Below the pieces are notes generated by a model. That model ran no database searches. It saw nothing but the letters and a program-made list of their open reading frames with translations, and had not been told where the DNA came from. DNA of 64,000 nt from Macrostomum lignano. Taxonomy: Eukaryota. This document shows positions 1 to 10,462 of the stretch, one piece after another (positions within the stretch are counted from its first letter, which is position 1; each line of letters begins with the position of its first letter). A program made the translations under genes and the position numbers. The DNA lies in the NCBI GenBank assembly GCA_002269645.1, contig NIVC01002509.1:1-64000 (forward strand), written 5' to 3'.

Positions 1-44
1 TCATTTGACTCCATGTCCTGTCATATGACTTCATATGATCTCCT

Positions 45-945
45 TAATCCCTGTCACTTCTCATCTCACTAATCCCTTACACTCTGATCTCCTTAATCCT
101 TGTCACTTTCATCTCACTAATCCCTGTCACTCTCATCTCACTAATCCCTGTCACACTCATCTCACTAATCCCTGTCACACTGATCTCACTAATCCCTGTC
201 ACTCTGATCTCACTAATTCCTGTCACTCTGATCTCCTTAATCCCTGTCACTCTGTTCTCACTAATCCCTGTCACTCTGATCTCACTAATCCCTGTCACTC
301 TGATCTCCCTAATCCCTGTCACTCTGATCTCACTAATCGCTGTCACACTGATCTCCTAATCCCTGTCACACTGATCTCCCTAATCCTGTCACTCTGATCT
401 CACTAATCCCTGTCACACTGATCTCCCTAATCCCTGTCACTCTGACTCCCTAATCCCTGTCACTCTGATCTCCCTAATCCCTATCACTCTGATCTCCCTA
501 ATCCCTGCCACTCTGATCTCACTAATCCCTGTCACTCTGATCTCCCTAATCCCTGTCACACTGATCTCCCTAATCCCTGTCACTCTGATCTCCCTAATCC
601 CTGTCACTCTGATCTCCCTAATCCCTGTCACTCTGACTCCCTAATCCCTGTCACTCACTGATCTCCCTAATCCCTGTCACTACTCTGACTCCCTAATCCC
701 TGTCACTCTGACTCCCTAATCCCTGTCACTCTGATCTCCTTAATCCCTGTCACTCTGATCTCACTAATCCCTGTCACTCTGATCTCCCTAATCCCTGTCA
801 CTCTGATCTCCCTAATCCCTGTCACTCTGATCTCACTAATCCCTGTCACTCTGATCTCACTAATCCCTGTCACTCTGATCTCCCTAATCCCTGTCACTCT
901 GACTCCCTAATCCCTGACAGTCTGACTCCCTAATCCCTGTCACTC
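45..945. repeat. 24-bp minisatellite (CTAATCCCTGTCACTCTGATCTCC), ~37 copies
   Basis: Period of 24 read directly; produces spurious 8-aa-repeat ORFs. Confidence 0.95.
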
Positions 946-1026
946 TGTACCTCTGTCCCTGTACCCGCCCTGTCACTCTGTCCCTGTACCCGCCCGAAAG
1001 ACAAGAGAAAGAAAGCAAGAACTCAC

Positions 1027-1111
1027 GAATTTCAGGTACAGAAACATTCTTTGACAGCCGTTTGTGACCTTGTCTGTAGGCTCTGTAATCTTCTGTAGGC
1101 GATTTGCCAAC
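1027..1111 (-). CDS. RIMBP2: RIMBP downstream internal exon (VGKSPTEDYRAYRQGHKRLSKNVSVPEI); gene continues beyond window start
   Basis: TTATTCCAG acceptor with a long T tract, GTGAGT donor, 85 nt, phase 0/1; phase-compatible with the donor at 4619. Confidence 0.7.
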
Positions 1112-1292
1112 CTGGAATAAAAAAAAACAATTTCATATAATATCAAATAAATGAAATGAAATGAAATAACTAAATTAAACAGGACAAGAAAAGTAAATCA
1201 CTGAACAACACCAAGTAGAAAAACGAATTATAAGAATAAAAATGACTACAAGCCAACCAACGCCACACTGAAGCCGTCACCATGATAGAAAA

Positions 1293-1298
1293 TTTATT
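1293..1298 (-). terminator. Candidate AATAAA polyadenylation signal for the alternative terminal exon
   Basis: AATAAA ~55 nt downstream of TGA 1351, followed by T-rich sequence on the minus strand. Confidence 0.5.
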
Positions 1299-1350
1299 TA
1301 TCAAGTGCCATAAAACAGGTTCCTTGCCACCTCAACACGAAAGCTCCACC

Positions 1351-3648
1351 TCAGCTGGAGCCTTCGCCTCCTCCGGCGAGGTTCTTCGGGTCCAGCTTCT
1401 TGAACATGCTCGCCGTGCCCTCGCCGAACGCTTCAAATCTCTTCTTGGTGTCCCCACACGAAGGCGTCGAACTTTTTCTTAGTATCCTCGTTGAACGCTG
1501 CGAATTTCTTTTTATTTTCCTCGTTGAAGGCTTCGAAATTTTTTCGATTCTCCTCGTTCGCTTCGCGGATCTTTTCGCCCGTCTCATCGGCGATTTCCTC
1601 CACTTTTTCTTGGAATTCGTGGAAGCCTTTCTTTAGCCGGCCTAAGAAGCTCGAGTCCTCGGGATCGTTGGGATCGCCTTCGCACCTTCAACACCTTCGG
1701 CACCTTCAGCACCTTCGGCACCTTCAGCGCCTTCAGCAGCCGCAGCTTCAGCAGCCGCAGCTTCAGCAGCCGCAGCTTCAGCAGCCGCAGCTTCAGCAGC
1801 CGCAGCTTCAGCAGCCGCAGCTTCAGCAGCCGCAGCTTCAGCAGCCGCAGCTTCAGCAGCCGCAGCTTCAGCGGCCGCAGCTTCAGCAGCCACAGCTTCA
1901 GCAGCCGCAGCTTCAGCGGCCGCAGCTTCAGCAGCCACGGCAGCCTCCTCTTCAGGCGTTGGCAGGGGTTCACCCCTAGGGCCCCGCTGCCTACCCTCGG
2001 CCGCTTCGTCGACTGTCCGACCAAACTCGTCCAACAGTTCCCCGCCGGGTCCTCGGACAACCTGTCCGGTGGATTTGTCTTCGAGCACGCCGAACTCGTT
2101 GACCCGCCAGCCGCACTCGGAGGCCAGCAGATGACCGCTCGCCGGGTCGCGAGGCGCGCCGCACACCGGGCGACACCGAGCGTCGAAGTAGCGACCCTGG
2201 GCGTCTCTCAACGGCGCCCCGGTTGAGGCGTCGACCAGCAGGCCGAATTCGTTCTCGCGTCTTTCTGCCGAGTCAATAACGGCTTGACTGTCGGCGTCAA
2301 CAAGCTGCTGCTCGTCGGCCAGACAGACTTTCCGGCAAGCCAGCGGCCGACCTCCGGCGTCGAGCAGCTCACCGTTTGGCCCAAGCACGGGCTGCCCGGT
2401 GTCCGAGCTGGTCAGCACTCCGAGCTCGTTCGGCTCGGCCGGCGACACCAGACTGCCGTCCGGGCGGCGGACTCCGTGCACCGGACGACAATCGGAGTCG
2501 AAAAACTCGCCGGACGGACCTCGGACTGGCCGGCCGGACTCGTCCAGCAGGACGCCATTGTCGTTGACGCCGCCAGTTGGCAGCGGCGTGCCAGTCGACG
2601 TGTTCAACAGTCGGCCAGTGGACGCATCAAGCCGGGCCCGGCGACAATCGATTGGCCGGCCGGACGGGTCGAGCAGCTGGCCGTCCGGCCCCGGCTCGCT
2701 CAGCACGCCGTAGTAGTTCGGCTGCTGGGCCTCGTCGTCGACCAGCTGGCCGTTCGGCAGCCGCCGGCCGTAAACGACGGCGCCGTCGGGAGGGCCATAA
2801 AATTCTCCGTTTAGTCCGCGAAGCGGCAGCCCGCGCGAGTCGGCCAGCACGTTGAACTCGTTGGCCACGGCGTCGGCCACTTCGTCCGGCGAGTCAACAC
2901 GACGACAGGCGATTTCGGCTGCCGTTGCGTCCAATAGTTCGCGTCCGGTCGGCCCGGACAGTGGCCGGTTGTCTGTCCCGGACACTAACACGCCGAAGTA
3001 GTTGAGCTTTGGAGGCGGGTCGTCTGGCTTGCACGCCAGCAGACGGCCATCGTCGGGATGTCGGAGGCCGCCGAGAGCGGGCCGGCCGTCGGCACCAAAG
3101 AACTCGCCGCGGCTGCCTCGCAGCGGCACGGAGCCGACAGTCAGGATGCCGTGTGAGTTCGCCGCGGCCTCGGGAAACGCGTCCAACGGAGCAGCACCGT
3201 CCGGGACTGGCCGGCAGGCGATCGGCCGACCGTCCGAGTCGATTAGAGTGCCGTCTGGTCGGGTGAGAGCCAGGCCGGTGTCCAGATTAGCCAGGACGCC
3301 GAACCAGTTGACGGCGGGCGGCGGGTCGCCCAGCAGCTCGCCGTCGGGGCCGCGCGGCCCGTAGACCGGCTGGCCGTTGGAGGAGAAAAACTCGCCAGAC
3401 TGGCCTCGGATCGGGACGCCGTTTTCGTCGATTAGCACGCCGTTAGCGTTGACGCTTGTAGCGTCGCCGAAGGTCGTAGAATTATTAAATCCGTTAGACT
3501 CCGGTACAAGACGGCCGTCCGGGGTTCGAGTCGCGATTCGACAAAGTATGGGAGCGCCGTCTGGCGGAGATCGGAATTCGCCGCTCGGAGTTCGCAGCGG
3601 CTGACCGGTTGAGGGATCAACCAGGATGCCGAATTCGTTGGTTTGGGC
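1351..3648 (-). CDS. Large putative alternative terminal exon: unrecognised G/P/D-rich repeat domain, (AAAAE)n spacer, 11-mer amphipathic repeats, stop
   Basis: Phase-0 acceptor CCCCTTGTGTCAG at 3649; no Met codon in the 671-aa ORF apart from the TTG pseudo-start; GC-rich coding bias. Frame continues across 1-nt shifts at ~1681 and ~1456 to TGA at 1351. Confidence 0.75.
1690..1945 (-). repeat. Coding tandem repeat: 15-bp (AAAAE)n followed by 9-bp (GAE)n
   Basis: GGCTGCTGAAGCTGC-type unit repeated ~13-14 times inside the large exon. Confidence 0.92.
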
Positions 3649-3789
3649 CTGACACAAGGGGCGCGCATGCGGTAGTGGTGGTGGTGGTGGAAGGGTGCTG
3701 GTTTAATAGTGCAAGCTGTGCTTTGATTGACAGGCACGGAATAACGATGCTTCGCATATTTTTATGTGCAAAGGAGGATAAAAAGTTTA

Positions 3790-4350
3790 CAGGGCAGGGA
3801 TATAGGACAGGGAAACTATGGGTAGGAGTTGGGGTGGGTGTTTTATACACCCAGAGGAGGCTATAGTGTACATTAGGGCAGGAAAACTAAGGGTAGGAGT
3901 TGGGGTGGGTGTTTTATTCACCCAGAGGAGGCTATAGTGTACATTAGGGCAGGAAAACTAAGGGTAGGAGTTGGGGTGGGTGTTTTATTCACCCAGAGGA
4001 GGCTATAGTGTACATTAGGGCAGGCAAACTAAGGGTAGGAGTTTGGGTGGGTGTTTTATTCACCCAGAGGAGGCTATAGTGTACATTAGGGCAGGCAAAC
4101 TAAAGGTAGGAGTTGGGGTGGGTGTTTTATACACCCAGAGGAGGCTACAGTGTATATTAGGGCAGGAACAGCGAAGCTAGGAGTTGGGGTGGGTGTTTAA
4201 TACACTCAGAGGGAGGCTACAGAGTAAATTGGGGCAGGAAAATTGAGGGTAGAAGTTGGGGTGGGTGTTTTTTACACCCAGAGGAGGCTACAGTGTACAT
4301 TAGGGCAGGAAAACTGAGGGTAGGAGTTGGCTGGGTGTCTTATAGAACCT
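3790..4350. repeat. 71-bp minisatellite, ~8 copies
   Basis: CCCAGAGGAGGCTATAGTG… recurs at 3850, 3921, 3992 and onward. Confidence 0.9.
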
Positions 4351-4619
4351 GAGGAAGTTTTACCTACATGTAATAAGTAACGATATTGGCTAAACTCTAA
4401 AGAGTTAGCAGGTTAGTATATATACATAAAATGTTACTTATAGAAAACGTTTAAATAGCACAATCTACAACAAAATAAACGAGAGTAAGTTGATATCTTT
4501 TGTAAAGTTAAGACACAATCTATACAACATCAAAAGGCTACCACAGACACGTGAGAAAGGAAAAATCACTACGGATTCTAAGAAAGCTAAAATTGCTGCC
4601 AAATTGGTCTAGGCGTTAC

Positions 4620-5213
4620 CCTCGGATTGCGCGACGCGGACAACAGGTGCTGCCTGCGCAATCGATGGAATTTCGATGGACTAACGCTGCGACTTCGAAT
4701 CATTCGGTGGTCCATCAGGGCTGAGGTGTTCGAGGCGGCGGCGGCGGCGGCAGCTCCTCGCCTACTGGAGCGATGATGCTGGGAATGAGGCTGGCGCAGG
4801 CTGCCATGCTGAGGCCAGTCATCCTGCTGCTGCACCAGCTGCTGATGATGAGGCGGCAGCTGCCAGTCATCAAAGGAGGCCTGCATCTGCAGCTGCCTGT
4901 AACCGCCGCCGCCGCCAACAGGGTTGGCATTGTCGTACATGGAGGCGGGACCTGCAACGCCGTCGTTGGGATGACGAAGCAGGCCGCCCTGCTGCTGCTG
5001 CTGATGGTGATAAGCTTGATTATAACCGGCATGAACACCTGTTGGCGACCCGGTTAGATGAGGCGGCATACCAGCGGTTCTACTGAACCTGGACGACGGG
5101 CCAAGATTCAAAGGCCTACCAGACGTGGAAAGTCTTTGTTGTTGCTGCTGCTGTTGTTGTTGCAGGAGCAGAAGTTGCTGCTGTTGCTGCTTTCCGAAAG
5201 CCAGATGACGCTG
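4620..5213 (-). CDS. RIMBP2: RIMBP Gln/His-rich low-complexity exon
   Basis: Open frame QRHLAFGKQQQ…SASRNPR; tandem CAGCAG acceptor (start 5213 or 5210); GTAACG donor; phase 0/0. Confidence 0.75.
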
Positions 5214-5749
5214 CTGTTTTTTTTGTTTAAAACAACGGCATTTGTTTGGCGTTGTAGGATTTGAGGTTTATGGGATTTGGGGATTTAAAGGGAACAGGGT
5301 GGGTGAGAAAAAGAATTATTTTTATCCCTTTTAGAAGCTCTTGTAAAATAAAAAGTAAAAGTAGTTTTAGTTCAAAGGAAGCAACGTCGCATATCGCCCA
5401 TAAACCATAGGAGACCTATAGTTGCAAGATTACGAGTATTAGGATTAAGAATCTCTGTGAATTCCAACATGCCGATAAAGTTACGAGTAATAAATAATTA
5501 TGAATTAGCCTAAAAAAGCAAATTTTCTAAAATAAACGATTTTTTATGTATGATGCGCAATTGCGGCACGATGGTTTTAAATAAAATTGACTTTCGATAC
5601 ATATCGGTACAACGAGAAAACTCTTTTTTTCGATGGTTAAGTTTTAAAAAATGCAATAATGACTTAGAATCGAGGCAATAGAAATTCTTTAATTTCGATA
5701 GAAATTAAGTCATTTATAAACAATCCTTTCTCCGATACATACCAGGAAG

Positions 5750-5925
5750 TTTGGCAATTCCTGAAAACTGTTCTTTCGATACATATCGGAAAGTGTGGGA
5801 AATTCTTAAAAACTGCTCTTTCGACACATATCGGAAAGTGTGGAAAGTCTTGAAAACTGCTTTTTCGATACATATTGGAAAGTGTGGGAAATTCTTGAAA
5901 ACTGCTGTTTCGATACATATCGGTA
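5750..5925. repeat. 45-bp repeat, ~4 copies, starting just inside the intron after the FN3-3 exon
   Basis: AAAACTGC…TTCGATACATATCGGAAAGTGTGG recurs. Confidence 0.85.
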
Positions 5926-5941
5926 GCAAAAATGAACTTAC

Positions 5942-6385
5942 ATCTTCTGGCCTAGGCAAATCGATAGACGAATTAGCGGCAGACAGAGTCAGCGAGCACG
6001 GCGGGTCCGAGTCTAAACTCTCCACAGTCTGACCATTGTGAGTACCGACTGTGCGCACGGTCAGGAAGGCGGTGTGAGGTGGCAGGGAGTTCTGGGCGAG
6101 CAGGCAGTGATCTGAGTACGCGTCCAAGCACTCCGTGACCCGGTGCCTGCCGTCAGCGTACACTGCGTAGCCGGTGACCCGAACACCGTTGGACACGCCG
6201 TCGGAGTTGGCAACGGTGACCGGTAGCCAGGTGACTAGCAGGGAATGGTCCTGAGGCCCGGGCTCGATTTGAACGTCCAGAGGAGCGTCGGGCAGGCCGC
6301 CGGGCGTGGTTCGAAACTCCAAGGTGGCGGTGAGGAGAGGCACGGAGGTGCCCGTAGTTTTCGGAGGCCTGGCCCGCACGCACAC
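5942..6385 (-). CDS. RIMBP2: RIMBP end of FN3-2 and FN3-3 (PDAPLDVQIEPGPQDHSLLVTWLPV…SNGVRVTGYAVYADG…ESLDS)
   Basis: Strong match to the RIMBP third FN3 pattern; (CT)n pyrimidine tract plus CAG acceptor; GTAAGT donor; 444 nt, phase 0/0. Confidence 0.95.
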
Positions 6386-6677
6386 CTGTCAGAGAGAGAG
6401 AGAGAGAGAGGCGCCTTTGTCGAGTCGTACATTTTAAGTTGCACCTTTTGACAAAAAACGCCTGTAAACTACTTATAGTAGAGTGCATTTGAACAAAATT
6501 ACATGTACGTAAATGAGTATAGGGATATTTCAAAATGGTCATATGATGTATGAGATGATGTCTGACACTGCCAATCAGATAAGATGTCAGGAAGGATGTC
6601 AGGATGTTAGATGAGATTGGGTAGAGTCAGGGGAGGTGAAAAAATACAAAGCATATTCATCATTAGAAGCCGCAAAC

Positions 6678-6836
6678 CTTGTAAAGAGTGTCGGCAGTGA
6701 GACCGCTAATGAGCAGCTTGTAGTTGCCAGGCGGGCACTGTTTGTACTCTTTGCCGTTGACCGTCACCACGTGTTGAAGGCTGGAAGCAGCCGGCAAGAA
6801 CATGAGCACCGCTGAGCCTGGGGTTACGTTTGATAC
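6678..6836 (-). CDS. RIMBP2: RIMBP FN3-2 (VSNVTPGSAVLMFLPAASSLQHVVTVNG…GLTADTLYK)
   Basis: FN3 strands with the GL-x-x-x-T-x-Y motif; CAG acceptor and GT donor; 159 nt, phase 0/0. Confidence 0.92.
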
Positions 6837-6939
6837 CTGGAGTTTTGTTAAAAATAACAGTGATATTATTAGTTTATAAAAGTTTGTCATGGATGAGTGT
6901 TAATAAAAGGTTGTCAAGTTCTGTGATCATGGTCTGGTC

Positions 6940-7625
6940 ATGGTCTCCAAGGGCTGACGGGGCTGTCAGTCTCCAAGGGCTAACGGGGCTGTCAGTCTCC
7001 AAGGGTTGTCAGTCTCCAAGGGCTGTCAGTCTCCAAGGGCTGTCAGAGTCTCCAAGGGCTGTCAGAGTCTCCAAGGGCTGTCAGAGTCTCCAAGGGCTGC
7101 CAGAGTCTCCAAGGGCTGTCAGAGTCTCCAAGGGCTGCCAGAGTCTCCAAGGGCTGCCAGAGTCTCCAAGGGCTGTCAGAGTCTCCAAGGGCTGCCAGAG
7201 TCTCCAAGGGCTGTCAGTGTCTCCCAAGGCTGACGGGCTGTCAGTGTCTCCCAAGGCTGACGGGCTGTCAGTGTCTCCCAAGGGCTGCCAGAGTCTCCAA
7301 GGGCTGTCAGTGTCTCCCAAGGCTGACGGGCTGTCAGAGTCTCCCAAGGCTGACGGGCTGTCAGAGTCTCCCAAGGCTGACGGGGCTGCCAGAGTCTCCC
7401 AAGGCTGACGGGCTGTCAGAGTCTCCGAAGGCTGACGGGCTGTCAGAGTCTCCCAAGGCTGACGGGCTGTCAGAGTCTCCCAAGGCTGACGGGCTGTCAG
7501 AGTCTCCCAAGGCTGACGGGCTGTCAGAGTCTCCCAAGGCTGACGGGCTGTCAGAGTCTCCCAAGGCTGACGGGCTGTCAGAGTCTCCCAAGGCTGATGG
7601 GGCTGCCAGAGTCTCCAAGGGCTGT
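6940..7625. repeat. Compound minisatellite of 19-bp and 27-bp units (AGAGTCTCCAAGGGCTGTC / GGCTGACGGGCTGTCAGAGTCTCCCAA)
   Basis: Direct inspection. Confidence 0.92.
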
Positions 7626-7850
7626 CAGTCACCAAGGGGTGTCGGGGTTTCCAAAAAGGTCTGCAGATGTGTGATGGGATCTGTAACAACAGACACGCTA
7701 TCTCTAGACGAGACGAATCGGGATACTGTAAGGTCGCTAAAGCCTCGAATGATTATTTCGTAGAATTTTCAAAGGTTGCTCTTTATTCTCTATAATTTTT
7801 CGATCTAAGCTTTGTTAGGACCAGATATTGGTCATAAAATTTAATCCAAC

Positions 7851-8319
7851 CTGTAGATAAGTAGGCGCCAGGTGCGAGTCGCGATCCTTGCCAGTCAGCA
7901 ATGTACAGGCCGGGTCTTTGGATGTCAGACCCCTGGTAGTAACTGATCGCACACAGATCCTGTGCCTCTCCTTCGGATTAATACCTTCAATAAGTGCTTT
8001 AGTCTTCTCGCCGGCACTAACCGAGCACTTGAATTTGCCATCAACGTAGACGTGATAAGCAGATAAAGGGTCGTGCATCAGCACGCTAGTCGGATCGTGA
8101 GCCGGGGGTCGCCAGCCAATCACAATCGAGCTAGCCAGTTGTCTTTCTAAAGCTAGAAATCTAGGCGGAGAAACAGTATCATCCGAGAGACCCTCGGCTC
8201 GAATGATTTCCTCTTCGTAGGAGTAGGTTCCGCCGTAGACAGCTGCTCAGCGGCTGGATAGGCCGAGGAGACCGGGTCGTAGCCGGAGAATCCAGTCTCA
8301 AATGCGGCAACATCGTCGT
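7851..8319 (-). CDS. RIMBP2: RIMBP linker plus FN3-1 (PPRFLALERQLASSIVIGWRPP…KDPACTLLTGKDRDSHLAPTYLQ)
   Basis: RIMBP-type FN3; donor GTTGGA at 7850. The 5' edge is either 8319 (needs a 1-nt correction near 8247) or 8242 (in frame, phase 1). Confidence 0.85.
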
Positions 8320-8369
8320 CTTGAGGAGGAGTGGTTGTTTTAGTGCGCGAATTTAAGAACTAAAAAAGC

Positions 8370-8830
8370 CAATAAAATGGAGATTGGGGAGATACAGGGA
8401 ATTGGGTGGGTGTGTGCAGATAGGCAAGGAATGGAGACGAAAATGTGGGGGAGACAGGGAATGGGGTGGGTGCGCGCATAGAGTGGCAAGAAATGGAGAT
8501 AAAAATGAGGGAGTGGGGAGACGGAATGGGGTGGGTGCGCGCATAGAGTGGCAAGGAATGGCGACGAAAATAATGGGGTGGGGGAGACAGGGAATGGGGT
8601 GGGTGCGCGCATAGAGTGGCAAGGAATGGCGACGAAAATAAGGGGGTGGGGAGACAGGGAATGGGGTTGGTGCGCGCATAGAGTGGTAAAGAATGGAGAC
8701 GAAAATAAGGGGGTCGGGGAGACAGGAAAGGGGGTGGGTGCGCGCATAGAGTGGCAAGAATTGGAAGTGAAATTGGGGTGGTAGGGAGACAGAGAGTGGG
8801 TGGATGCACGTATAGAGTGGTAAGGAATAT
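8370..8830. repeat. ~65-68-bp G-rich minisatellite, ~7 copies
   Basis: GGGTGCGCGCATAGAGTGG core recurs. Confidence 0.9.
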
Positions 8831-9089
8831 AACAAGGACGACTTAAGTAGGAAGGGAAACCTCGTTTCTTAGAAAATTTTAGAAGGCAGGTTTTCCCGAA
8901 AAAATACACTACGGAGATAGGAAGTTTGCATTTTTTCAGCACAAAAATTGTTATTGCTATTGATAGGAGGCAGATCCAGTGTTCATCTTTTGATATGTTG
9001 TGCCTTTCTTAGTGCTCTATCGATATTCATAGAGCTTTTCGTTCAGAAAATTAGGATTCTATGCTAATTTTTTATTCTACGTACATTTT

Positions 9090-9261
9090 CCTGTACCTAA
9101 AAATCATAAAAATGCATGACACAACTCGAATCTTTGGTTTTATGAATCTATTTTATCATCTATGTTACAAATATTTGTTACACAGTCAGCTGAGAATGAT
9201 AAAATAGACTCATAAAACCAAAGAGCCGAGCTGTGCCATTTCAATGGCTTTTAGGCACAAG
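9090..9261. repeat. Inverted repeat or hairpin (MITE-like)
   Basis: Arms 9117-9159 and 9196-9238 pair at 38 of 43 positions and extend more loosely outward. Confidence 0.85.
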
Positions 9262-10244
9262 ACACGTGCAAATGTAATTTTTTTTACATTTTACATTTTT
9301 TACATTTTTACATGTGGAGTGGCGGGCAGTCCAGCTAGGCTGATGGAGGGTATAAACAAGAGATAAAACAGAGGAAAGCACTAAAATCAATATTATTTAC
9401 TCGTATAAAAGCGTTTATCTGATCGTGTTTAGTTTTGAGCAATTAAACTTGCAAAACAGTTAAATTAAACCTAGAAATCAAACGGCTAGTATAGCATAAG
9501 TTGACCTCATCAAGTGTTTAAAGCTGCAATAATATTCCGATTTTACTACTAATGCAGGCTAAGTAGCCACCCGAGGCATTCCGCTGCTACTTTCTATAAA
9601 AAATTCATATTGACGACGAGAAAAAACTAGGGCCCCTTGGTTCTCCAGTAAGCTGAATAAACAAAAAATGATAAATATATTTGCATAACTGCTGTAGCAA
9701 AAATGCTGATTGGAAAAGCGTAATAAAAAACTAACAAGGTAATAAGTAGCTCATACTTGAAATAAACTAAATTATTATTGTTTATAATGCTTACTAGAAA
9801 ATCGCCTTCCACGGCTTCCGGTGTCTAAATATTCAACAAGAGAGACAAAATTATGACAGAGGAGAACAATTACCTGATGACAATAGCTAACCCAGTGCTC
9901 AATATGAACAGAGTAAAACAAATCAGTCATCCAGTGCTAGAATTAATTATTAATCCCCTAAACTCCCCAATTTGGTATCGAATCTGTGCGTTACCATTGA
10001 CAGGTTTTGCTTGTCAAATGAATTAGGAAAATTAAATTACAGCCCCCGTCCAGCTTATTCAATCAAATATCAATAACTGCAACTGGATTGGGAAATCTAG
10101 AAATTGAAGATGAATAGAATAAATTAAATTATAAATACATGGCTTGATAGTGTATAAAGCTAGTAAATGAGTCCTAGCGATAAGAGCACAATGCGCTAGT
10201 ATGGGTATTTATATACACAACTGTTATTCAATAATTCGACTCAC

Positions 10245-10320
10245 TAGGCAGTGGCTCGACGTAGTTGGAGGGCACATAGCCTCTCTTGCCGTCCATCATC
10301 TCGCCATAGTAATAGCCATC
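10245..10320 (-). CDS. RIMBP2: RIMBP SH3-1, C-terminal part (DGYYYGEMMDGKRGYVPSNYVEPLP)
   Basis: Canonical SH3 signature G-x-V-P-S-N-Y-V; CAG acceptor, GTGAGT donor, phase 0/1. Confidence 0.95.
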
Positions 10321-10462
10321 CTGCCGTGTAAATAGAAAGAGATTATATTTATAAGCATGATTTTAGATGTGTGCTAAACATTCGTTCCATTTGGATTTGG
10401 GGAGCTTATGTAAGCGTTTGGTTGATTTTAGGATAAACATAAGAGATCATTTAAGTCCTAAT

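Noticed and set aside
35-897. 8-aa-repeat ORFs on both strands
   Set aside because: Translation of the 24-bp minisatellite
1400-3604. Plus-strand ORFs, including the 162-aa (QQPQL)n ORF and the 176-aa ORF at 2284-2814
   Set aside because: Antisense shadows of the GC-rich minus-strand exon; no independent motifs
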